Positions 27,606-34,957 of a DNA stretch of 34,957 nucleotides are shown here, piece by piece. Location of the stretch: positions 1 to 34,957 of the forward strand of contig JAITIR010000119.1 of assembly GCA_031279285.1 (NCBI GenBank). The letters run 5' to 3'. This stretch comes from Spirochaetaceae bacterium (lineage in GTDB: Bacteria; Spirochaetota; Spirochaetia; Treponematales; Breznakiellaceae). Position 1 is the stretch's first letter, and each line of letters begins with the position of its first letter. The translations under genes and the position numbers were made by a program. The notes beneath the pieces were generated by a model. It had not been told where the DNA came from. It made no database searches and was given only the letters and a program-made list of their open reading frames with translations.

Positions 27606-28020
27606 CAGTTCCTTATCATTTCAGGCGGTTTATGACCCGTGGGAAGGGCGGAGTGAGGTGCGAGTCGCTGCTGCTCTGCTTTGGCTATAATCTGTCCGTG
27701 CCGGGGAACAGACCGGACAAAACAGCGGATAGGGAGGGAAAGCAACCTGACAGCCGCAGAAATGAACCGTAAACATGGAAAACTGTCCGCCTGAACCTTC
27801 AAAAAACAGCCCTTATTGCACTTCGTTTACAGCCCTTTTTGCTGCGTGGAGGCTCATTGACATTCGCGCACGTTTTAAACGGAACAGTATCTATGAAACC
27901 CGCCGGCGGACGCCGATAATTAAGCATGGGGAGTTTGCGCGCTCGCCTCCGCAAGCAAGCCCGGATAGGTTTGTACGCAGGGTGTAAATTGAAGCCGGAA
28001 GGCGGAATGGGGAGGATGTT

Positions 28021-29619
28021 TTGAAGACAGAATACAGCGCCGCCGCGATACTTTTTGCCGGAGAACTACATGACGAGGCGTTTAAAAAGTGTTTTGGCGG
28101 CAAAAGCGCCTTTGAGTTGGCGTTAAAACGGGCGGCTGCGTTTCCTCACGTTGTAAAAATAACTGTACTCGTGTCAAGCGATTTTGATACTACGCTGATG
28201 CCATGCGGCATTGAACGCATGGAATTTGTGCAAAAAGAGGCGTGGAACGTCAAAACTTTTTTGTATGAGCTTGCCCGCGCCGGCGAGGGTTTTGACCTGA
28301 GTTATTTTTGCTGGGCAGACACCCCTTTCCTTGACGGCGGCCTTGCGGAGGCCATTGCCGGGCGGCATCTGCGTGGCGCTGCGGAGTATTCCTATGCAGA
28401 CGGCTGGCCGGACGGTCTCGCGCCTGAAATTCTATCTCCCGGGACGGCGGGGATTCTTGCCCGGATAAACGGCGAAAACGAGGCGCCGGTGGAACGGGAC
28501 ACGATTTTCGCCGTTTTGCAGAAGGACATTAACACGTTTGACATCGAAACCGAGATTTCGGCAGTTGACTTGAGGCAACACCGGCTGAACCTCGCGGCCT
28601 GCTCGAAACGCAACCTGTTGCTACTTGAGCGTTTTTGGGAGGCGGGCGTAGCCGGCGCTATGAGCATGGCTGACACCGCCGGACAACTCATCATCAAGCA
28701 GCCCGAACTGCTCCGCAGCCTGCCGGCATTCTACCCGATTCAGGTTGTATCCGCCTGTCCCCAGCGCTGTCCTGTCTGCCCCTATCCAAAGTCGGATCAC
28801 TTTGCTTTCTTTGACCCCTTTCATAGGGAGGAGGGGCCTGTAGAAGATGATTTTTCGATCATGAAGCTTGAGGATTTTTCAACTTTACTCGATAGAATCG
28901 TGGATTTTTCAGGCGACGCCGTGGTAGACCTGTCGTTATGGGGAGAAATCGCGCTCCACCCGCAAAGAATTGAGCTTGTAAGGGAGGTTTTACGGCGTCC
29001 GGACCTGTCTCTTGTGATAGAAACTTCCGGGATTGGCTGGGAAATAACGGATTTTCAAACGCTTGCCGGTGAAGCGGCAACGGCCGTGCCGCGAAAGAGC
29101 GGCATGGCAGCGCTTTCGTGGATAGTTTCACTCGATTCGAACGATGAGGCGGAATACCGCGCCGTACGTGGTGACGGTTTTGGCGCGGCGCTTGAAAACG
29201 CCCACACCATCGTTTCGCTTTTTCCGAAAGACGCCTACGTACAGGCCCTGCGGATGAAGGGGAACGAGGCGTACATAGAAAAGTTTTACCGGTTTTGGAA
29301 GGGCGAGGGGGCCAACGTGATAATCCAGAAGTACGATTCGTTTTGTGGCTCCTTGCCGGACCGTTCCGCCGCCGACCTTTCTCCGATAAAACGCTATCCC
29401 TGCTGGCACCTGATGCGCGATATGCCGATCCTGCTGGACGGAAGCGTCCCCGTCTGCCGTTCGGCCCTGCCGGGCATAACCGCCGTGCTTGGCAACGCGT
29501 TTGGAGAGGGCCTGGACGCAATTTGGCAGCGCGGGGAGGAACGCTACGAGCGACACTGCGCTCAAAACTACGATGGCCCTTGCTCAAAGTGTGATGAATA
29601 CTATACCTTCAACTTTTAA
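28021..29619 (+). CDS. Fusion protein: N-terminal cytidylyltransferase-like nucleotidyltransferase domain (SpsF/NeuA/IspD-type), then a radical-SAM domain (CX3CX2C), then a C-terminal SPASM/twitch-like Cys cluster
   Basis: TTG start at 28021, with GGAGG 5 nt upstream (the in-frame-shifted ATG at 28016 hits TGA after 2 codons). Residues 1-200: AAAILFAGE...FCWADTPFLDGGL...YADGWPDGLAPEIL, nucleotidyltransferase-like. C246-x3-C250-x2-C253 (ACPQRCPVCPY). C-terminus: C-x14-G-x4-C ... C-x7-C-x2-C. Confidence 0.7.
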   Translation: MKTEYSAAAILFAGELHDEAFKKCFGGKSAFELALKRAAAFPHVVKITVLVSSDFDTTLMPCGIERMEFVQKEAWNVKTFLYELARAGEGFDLSYFCWADTPFLDGGLAEAIAGRHLRGAAEYSYADGWPDGLAPEILSPGTAGILARINGENEAPVERDTIFAVLQKDINTFDIETEISAVDLRQHRLNLAACSKRNLLLLERFWEAGVAGAMSMADTAGQLIIKQPELLRSLPAFYPIQVVSACPQRCPVCPYPKSDHFAFFDPFHREEGPVEDDFSIMKLEDFSTLLDRIVDFSGDAVVDLSLWGEIALHPQRIELVREVLRRPDLSLVIETSGIGWEITDFQTLAGEAATAVPRKSGMAALSWIVSLDSNDEAEYRAVRGDGFGAALENAHTIVSLFPKDAYVQALRMKGNEAYIEKFYRFWKGEGANVIIQKYDSFCGSLPDRSAADLSPIKRYPCWHLMRDMPILLDGSVPVCRSALPGITAVLGNAFGEGLDAIWQRGEERYERHCAQNYDGPCSKCDEYYTFNF

Positions 29620-30640
29620 CCGCGATTTTCCCACCTACACCGTGATCGGCGGCTCCAGGCGGAACGCTTCTACGGGGATTTGTGCCGTTTTGCTGAGCCG
29701 GGGCGACCGCTATACCAGAAGCGCCTGTTTCAGGGAGCTTGAAAACAGCGGTTTTGACTATGTTCTGTCGATGGAAAGCGGCGACCATTTCGATATTGAG
29801 GAATTGAACAGCGCTTTTCCGTTTGTCAGGTTTGTTCTGTTCAAGGATGCTCCAAGCATAGGCAGTCAGATAAATGTCGCGGCCGGCGAGGCGGACACAC
29901 CGTTCTTTTTTGTGCTGTGGAGCGATTTCCATCCAATTCTGACCCTCAACGCCGAGCGTATAGCCGAACGCTTGTTGATAAAACCGAATGGCACACCAAA
30001 AAGCTCGTACGGCAGGCTCTGTACAACGCCGACCATACAAAACCCGCGGTTTGAGGTGCTTCCAACCATGTACGCGCCGGTGATAAACGGCAAAAAGTTT
30101 GAGACCCTGCCGTTTGCACCGTTAAAGGAGGCCTCGCCGACCTTGTATCCTTTCGACGCTGCCGGCGTTTACGACAGGAAACGTTTTATTAACCTGGGCG
30201 GTTTTGATCCCCAACTGAATTCGCGGCACTGGCAGCTTTTGGATTTTGGCCTGCGCGCCTGGCTCTGGGGCGAGGAAATACGCTGCACCCAACAGGTACG
30301 TTTTAGCCTTGATGGTGAGCCACATGCGGAAAACATCACTGCCGACGAAAGTTATCTCCGGTTTTTCCTGAAAAACCTTGCCCCCGTGATTCGCCCCGAA
30401 GCGGTGGAGACCTCCGCCAAAGACGACGGCGGCGCCGTAAGCAAGCGCCGCTCCGCAGGCGGCGAGGCCCGCTTGCCGCTCCGCCGCTTCATACCCTACC
30501 TGCTCAAAGCCGGCTGCAGCCCCGTAAGGGCTGCCTGTTACTTTTCAGAAATCCGCCGTTGGGTAGACGCAAACAGCCGCTGCTTTGTGAACGATGTAAA
30601 CGGAATCACGGCATTTTGGGGCCTGCCACCATCCGTTTAA
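29594..30640 (+). CDS. GT-A fold / family-2-like glycosyltransferase (tentative)
   Basis: ATG 29594 overlaps the upstream stop (29617-29619) by 26 nt, indicating translational coupling. Motif RFINLGGFDPQLNSRHWQLLDFGLRAWLWGEEI resembles the GT2 'GGFDE...ED.DL.lR...G' region. The start is uncertain. Confidence 0.5.
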   Translation: MNTIPSTFNRDFPTYTVIGGSRRNASTGICAVLLSRGDRYTRSACFRELENSGFDYVLSMESGDHFDIEELNSAFPFVRFVLFKDAPSIGSQINVAAGEADTPFFFVLWSDFHPILTLNAERIAERLLIKPNGTPKSSYGRLCTTPTIQNPRFEVLPTMYAPVINGKKFETLPFAPLKEASPTLYPFDAAGVYDRKRFINLGGFDPQLNSRHWQLLDFGLRAWLWGEEIRCTQQVRFSLDGEPHAENITADESYLRFFLKNLAPVIRPEAVETSAKDDGGAVSKRRSAGGEARLPLRRFIPYLLKAGCSPVRAACYFSEIRRWVDANSRCFVNDVNGITAFWGLPPSV

Positions 30641-32043
30641 TGCGGTGGCGTCTTTACAAACTCGCGTATCTCGGCGGCGAGGTAGAACGAGCCGATGCCG
30701 AGCAGGGGCAACCCTTCTTTTTGGGCCCTGCCAAGCGCCCCCTTTATACCGTCCGTAGTATTTTTTACAAAGTCTATTTCCGTTTTCGCGTTTTCCCCTG
30801 CACTTGCCGCCTGCCGCCGCTTAAACGTATTGTAAACCTGTTCCGGACCGCTAATTTTGAACGTGCCGGGCGTGGTTATCACTATGTATGAGAAGTAGGG
30901 CAACAACGCGTCCGCCATCGCCTCCTCATTTTTGCCAAGTGCGCAACCAAAGATGAGTACGCCGCCAAAGCCGTACAGTTCCGCAAAGGTTTTAACGCAG
31001 AGACGTACGCTTATGTCCGTATGGGCGCCGTCCACGATAACGGCCGGATCTTCGCGCAACTTTTCAAAACGGGCGGGAAGGCTAAAGCCGGCAAGTCCTT
31101 TTTTCACCGTTTCCGCCTCTATCGCGGGAAAGGCCTTTTTGACGGCAAGCACAGCGAGCGCTGTGTTCTGCCCCTGAATCTCGCCGGGAATGGCAACGGA
31201 CAGGTCCAGTGGCCCGTCAAAAAATCCCTTTTTCTTGAAGTTGAGCGTAAAGTCTGTGCCACCGCGGCCCACCTTAACGTTCTCAACGGAGACGATTTCG
31301 GGACAGTAAAAAAGTTCCGCACCTCGTTCTGCCGCCACCCGCTTAAAGACGGCAAGCGCCTCGTCCGGCTGTTCGGCAAGGATAAGCGGGCGCCCAGGTT
31401 TAATGATGCCCGCCTTCTCCCCGGCAACGGCGCTCAGCGTGTTTCCCAGAAACTCCGTGTGCTCAAGCTCGATGCCGGTGATGACGGCGCAGGCGCTGTC
31501 AACGATGTTGGTCGGATCGAGCCGCCCGCCCATACCCGTCTCTACGACAAGTGCGTCGCAACCGGCCTCGCGGGCGCATAGGAAGTACAGCAGCGTCAGC
31601 AGCTCAAAAAAAGTAGGTTCTGGGCTGCACCCGTCCGAAACATCCAGCATCGCCCGGTACGGTTTTGACGAAGGGTCGCATAGGATTCCGGCAAGGCGGC
31701 GCAACTCTTCCCCCGCGTCAAGGTAGATCGCCTCGTCAAAAAACTCGTCTCCCAGCGTGATCCGCTCGCGGTATTCGACAACGTGCGGCGACATATACCT
31801 GGCGGGCCGCATCCCGGCCGCCAGAAGGATACTGGTAGCCATAGCCGTTATCGATCCCTTGCCTTTGGAACCGGCAATATGTATGGAAGGGGCAGAGAGT
31901 TCCGGGTGTCCGGCAAGTTCCCCAATAATCTGCATCCGCTCCGGTCTCATGCTCGGCGGCTTGTAACCCTGCTCCAGATTTATAAAGCGTGAAAGCCAGT
32001 CAAAAATCTCCGCACTCTGTGAAAATCTACCTTGTCCGTTCAT
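30637..32043 (-). CDS. folC: Folylpolyglutamate synthase / dihydrofolate synthase
   Basis: Mur-ligase P-loop IHIAGSKGKGS, FolC-like throughout. Start ATG 32043 (MNGQGRF), with AGGA 7 nt upstream. The ORF-track start at 32229 adds 62 non-conserved residues. Confidence 0.85.
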   Translation of the reverse strand: MNGQGRFSQSAEIFDWLSRFINLEQGYKPPSMRPERMQIIGELAGHPELSAPSIHIAGSKGKGSITAMATSILLAAGMRPARYMSPHVVEYRERITLGDEFFDEAIYLDAGEELRRLAGILCDPSSKPYRAMLDVSDGCSPEPTFFELLTLLYFLCAREAGCDALVVETGMGGRLDPTNIVDSACAVITGIELEHTEFLGNTLSAVAGEKAGIIKPGRPLILAEQPDEALAVFKRVAAERGAELFYCPEIVSVENVKVGRGGTDFTLNFKKKGFFDGPLDLSVAIPGEIQGQNTALAVLAVKKAFPAIEAETVKKGLAGFSLPARFEKLREDPAVIVDGAHTDISVRLCVKTFAELYGFGGVLIFGCALGKNEEAMADALLPYFSYIVITTPGTFKISGPEQVYNTFKRRQAASAGENAKTEIDFVKNTTDGIKGALGRAQKEGLPLLGIGSFYLAAEIREFVKTPPH

Positions 32044-32391
32044 CTGTACATCCTGTGCAAACCACCGCGGGTTTGTAATTTTTGGCGTATGCGGGTAACT
32101 TGATGCTGTTTCGCCGCTTGCCGCGGGAGGCTCATACACTCGCACATTGCATCCAGCATATTGGAAAATATTCAGAATGGGTAGCGGGGAATAGTGAGCA
32201 ATAAGGGCACATTTAACTGCTCGGCTCAATGCGAGGCATCAAGCCGTTAAGCCAATTGCTTTAAATGATGTCCGAAAAAAGTTTTATCCTATCTCGTGAT
32301 GGTTATTATCAGCCATACTATCGTATAGAAAGTATTATGTAACCGTTCACGGATCCGGTGCGAAAGGAACACAGGGGCAGTATTGGGAGTT

Positions 32392-32406
32392 CCCCGCACC
32401 GCGGGG
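32392..32406 (-). terminator. GC hairpin ccccgc-acc-gcgggg, 3 nt after the stop of the vWA gene
   Basis: Perfect 6-bp stem. There is no U-tract, so an intrinsic terminator is uncertain. Confidence 0.25.
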
Positions 32407-32408
32407 TA

Positions 32409-33878
32409 TTAAACCAAACTTTGCGAATGAGGCGGGGAGAGCAGTACCATGTCAAAAACCGCAGAGAATTCTTTCAGCGTTACCTCCGTCGTGTGCGAGT
32501 TTGCGTTTGAGCCAGCGCGCGAAAACCATTCCGAAGGATTCACGCGGGGGCCCGGGCCGGCATACCCGACCGCGGTTTTTCGTGCGTGAATATTTTTTGC
32601 GGCCATTACCCAGTCGCCGATATCATCCTGAAAATCACTGACAATAAAAAAAGAAGAATTTTCGTCCAAATATTTTTTGCAATACTCAATGCCTGATGCC
32701 AGAATCGTGCCGCCGCCCGCCGTCAGCTTTTCAAGCTCATTTAATGGGGTATCGGAACAAAGGCTGTCGGACCAACATACAAGGCGGCTTTTTTCTTTGT
32801 TAAAAAAACCTTCCGCCTGGATTATCGTATGTACAATCCGTTTCAGAAATGCAACGGGAACGCTGCCAGATACATCAAGCAGTATGCAGACAACCGCAGG
32901 CGTCTTATCAATCACGCGACGGCGGCGCGGGATAAAAATATCAGAGTTAAATTTATTACGGTTGGTATTGTAAAGCATATCCGTAAAAATTCGGTGTTGT
33001 TTATCCACCATGCCGCGCTCGCGCAGAATATTTATGAATTGATCAAAATTATCACATTCACTTACGGAATGGATCGCGGCTGTACCGGTAATTTGCGTAG
33101 TTCTGCCGCGCCGGACACGTTCATCATCGTCCGTTCCGCAGCCGGCAACGATGGTTTTGCGCGTTTCATGCGTTTCTTTAATCCGTTTTTCATCGCGTAT
33201 TTCATTGTTATACGCGCTTATGTCGCCGGTTTTTATTTTATTTCCATCGCCACTGCCGATCTGATCGAGCGCCCAGCGCATATCGCCGCATAAAAGCAGC
33301 ATGTACGTCATCCAATCGAGACCCTTAGACCAGGTTTCTTTTGGATACGAAAGGTACTCCTGTTTTCGTACGCTGGTCCGGGTGTTTTTTTCTAGCAAGG
33401 CATACACTTCCGCCCAGTCGTCTCTAAAAAGTCTGCTGTTTACCTCCATCGCCTGTGAAATCCCGGCAAAACGTTCATAGATGTATGTTGAGTACAGCCC
33501 CATACGTTGATTTGTGTTTTTGTCTTCAGGCAGCCTGAAAAAAATTACCGGCATATTTCCACGAAAGAAAGTATCGAATTGTTTTTTCTGCGCTTGCGGA
33601 CGGGTAAAATGGTTGTACAGTATCCGTCCTTTTTCACGCAGATCGCAGACGGCATGGACCTGTCGATCAATACTTTTTTTGATATATATGCAGTATTCAC
33701 CACGCGCCGCACGGTGCGAAAACGATAAAACAGAATCGTTTTGGACTTCGTTGTTTATGTAAGACAATGATATATTGAGCCGCTCAAAGAGCGCGTCCAT
33801 TTCGGCGCGCCGCCCGTTCAAACAATCCTGATCAACCATGCAAGTCTTTCCGCCCGAATTACCACAACCGCCCGCCAT
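32409..33878 (-). CDS. vWA-domain protein with a MIDAS motif (C-terminal) and an uncharacterised N-terminal domain
   Basis: AVVCILLDVSGSVP (DxSxS MIDAS) followed by a vWA-like beta-alpha pattern. The N-terminal 300 aa are unrecognised. No MoxR-type AAA+ partner gene is present in the window. Confidence 0.65.
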   Translation of the reverse strand: MAGGCGNSGGKTCMVDQDCLNGRRAEMDALFERLNISLSYINNEVQNDSVLSFSHRAARGEYCIYIKKSIDRQVHAVCDLREKGRILYNHFTRPQAQKKQFDTFFRGNMPVIFFRLPEDKNTNQRMGLYSTYIYERFAGISQAMEVNSRLFRDDWAEVYALLEKNTRTSVRKQEYLSYPKETWSKGLDWMTYMLLLCGDMRWALDQIGSGDGNKIKTGDISAYNNEIRDEKRIKETHETRKTIVAGCGTDDDERVRRGRTTQITGTAAIHSVSECDNFDQFINILRERGMVDKQHRIFTDMLYNTNRNKFNSDIFIPRRRRVIDKTPAVVCILLDVSGSVPVAFLKRIVHTIIQAEGFFNKEKSRLVCWSDSLCSDTPLNELEKLTAGGGTILASGIEYCKKYLDENSSFFIVSDFQDDIGDWVMAAKNIHARKTAVGYAGPGPRVNPSEWFSRAGSNANSHTTEVTLKEFSAVFDMVLLSPPHSQSLV

Positions 33879-33995
33879 TTAATATTACCACACTCATCAG
33901 GGTGTAACATTTTAGTTTCATTCGCAATGGGGTCTGCCCTGCCGCAAACACCAATTCAATTGTAAAGTGCGGAAAGATAGTCCGAGAGAACCTCG

Positions 33996-34420
33996 TTAGG
34001 AGCCCGGTATCCTTACATCCTTGCGAGTGCGGTGAGTAATAGCCTTGATTTTTCTACAATCCGGTCAAGCTGCCTTTGGGTCAGCCCCTCAAATAATGCC
34101 ACTTTTGGCAGATACTGCCGTGTCAATCCGTTGGTGTGTTCATTCAACCCCCGTTCCCATGAATGATAGGGATAGGTAATGCGCAAAACCCCGCCGGCGG
34201 GGTTTTGCGCATTGCCTTCAGTACGAAAAAGGCGCTTTGCATACGCTGCTGGAGGCGGGGTTTGGTTTGACCTTTTGGAAACCGCGAATTAGGGCAACGC
34301 TGATTAACTTGAGGCCAATCATCGTTGCCTATGTATTTGCTCATTTCATTACGCAAATGTGTCAACAAAGTTGATATTCGCATTAAAGTAGCACCGATTG
34401 CGCCAACGTAGTTGGCGAAT
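33996..34420 (-). pseudogene. IS30-family transposase remnant (C-terminal catalytic region, multiple frameshifts)
   Basis: As described for the mobile element above. The frame breaks at an A-run (gaaaaatcaagg) and at the 36-bp palindrome. Confidence 0.5.
34178..34213. repeat. Perfect 36-bp palindrome aatgcgcaaaaccccgcc|ggcggggttttgcgcatt inside the transposase remnant
   Basis: Exact reverse-complement symmetry by direct reading. It coincides with a reading-frame break in the IS30-like ORF. Confidence 0.85.
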
Positions 34421-34957
34421 TCTCGATTGAATAAATCAGTGCTTCCTTAGCTGTACTCACCCCCACTCCTGCATAGTTTGTGTTACGAACTGTATGATGG
34501 CTCTTTCATTCTACCCTTCTTCCTTTGACCCGTAACAGAAGGCCCATTACTGACGGATTATTGAGGAATGACAGTAGGGACTGTCTAAGGAACCTCCTCC
34601 GACCTGAAGGCGCAAACAAGTTTGCGCGCAAAATCTGCGGCGGAGTATCTTGTAAGCATTACATTATTTGAGAGGAGGCTTGTTCTGTAAGACAAGCCGC
34701 TCTGTGGCTTGCCGCGTGGCTGGTATGCCGGCGGCACACCAGCCACGTGGTAGTAGACAACGGTCTACTACCAGATATTTGTTAGTGTTGCTGACTCGAA
34801 GCGCCCCGAAGGGCGGGGAATTAACCCCTAAAGTGATTAAATCTACAGAATTATCAAAATAATTGCTCTTATATTGACTTTAGAATTTCAAAGACAGTCC
34901 GAGGCTTACCACTTGCAACCCACTGTATCCCAATTCAAGATAGGCGCCAATATTATT

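Larger units (their letters stand above)
33945..34950 (-). mobile_element. Degenerate IS30-family insertion sequence (~1 kb) with a frameshifted transposase
   Basis: Minus-strand translation gives ...VGAIGATLMRISTLL...YIGNDDWP... (one frame), ...YPYHSWERGLNEHTNGLTRQYLPK...RIVEK (second frame), and IKAITHRTRKDV (third frame). These match the IS30 DDE-domain C-terminus (SAIxTLVER..., PYxSWERGxNENTNGLLRQYFPKG, LNxRPRKxLG). The candidate terminal IR caccaattcaattgtaaag (~33948-33968) resembles the IS30 IR core ACCAATTGAAT. A weak counterpart (cactgtatcccaattcaag) sits at ~34925-34945. Confidence 0.5.

Noticed and set aside
28859-29587. 242-aa and 145-aa minus-strand ORFs inside the radical-SAM gene
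   Set aside because: Arg/Pro-rich antisense frames. The plus-strand ORF has the conserved radical-SAM and SPASM motifs.
28021-29619. The radical-SAM protein as NrdG, the class III RNR activase
   Set aside because: NrdG is a small protein (~150-230 aa) with an N-terminal CX3CX2C motif. This protein is 532 aa, has a central CX3CX2C motif, a nucleotidyltransferase N-domain and a SPASM tail. It is also transcribed divergently from the nrd operon.
34668-34862. 64-aa ORF (MRGGLFCKTSRS...)
   Set aside because: It lies in hairpin-rich IS debris, with no Shine-Dalgarno sequence and no homology signal.
33879-34957. Possible structured ncRNA (tmRNA, RNase P, SRP RNA) in the hairpin-rich 3' kilobase
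   Set aside because: None of the conserved cores for these RNAs is present. The hairpins are better explained by IS30 remnants and palindromic insertions.
1-34957. CRISPR arrays or rRNA genes
   Set aside because: No regularly spaced direct repeats, and no 16S, 23S or 5S signature sequences, were seen on either strand.

Overview
This 34.9-kb window looks like a moderately GC-rich bacterial chromosome; the gene content suggests a spirochaete (Treponema-like), which is an inference. It carries housekeeping operons mixed with clear signs of gene decay and mobile DNA.

Recognisable genes, in order:
- An orphan family-3 solute-binding lipoprotein, a CapA-family protein, and an iron-sulfur flavoprotein-like FMN reductase.
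- gatC-gatA-gatB.
- uvrB (-), an SPFH/flotillin protein (-), a lipoprotein glucosaminidase (-), M3B oligoendopeptidase F (-), and a 527-aa hypothetical protein (-).
- A flagellar rod protein (FlgF/FlgG family).
- A frameshifted N-terminal fragment of an Lhr-type helicase plus an outer-membrane-protein tail fragment.
- rarD, then proA-proB-proC (-), then a split transketolase (-).
- A low-GC, disrupted LtaS/sulfatase-family pseudogene abutting tRNA-Lys(UUU).
- An nrdR-nrdD operon (-). The NrdD glycyl-radical motif is encoded in a separate, in-frame downstream ORF fused to a glutaredoxin-like domain. No nrdG is adjacent.
- A TTG-initiated fusion protein (cytidylyltransferase-like domain + radical-SAM CX3CX2C + SPASM/twitch domain), translationally coupled to a GT-A/GT2-like glycosyltransferase.
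- folC (-) and an orphan vWA (MIDAS) protein (-).
- A degenerate IS30-family element at the 3' end.

Non-genic structure:
- A family of ~80-bp repeats with CCCCGCC...GGCGGGG termini (four copies, two of them flanking the tRNA).
- A 15-bp in-frame tandem repeat at the gatC 5' end.
- A perfect 36-bp palindrome inside the transposase remnant.
- A 26-bp exact inverted match between the window start and the IS interior.

No CRISPR array or rRNA was found.
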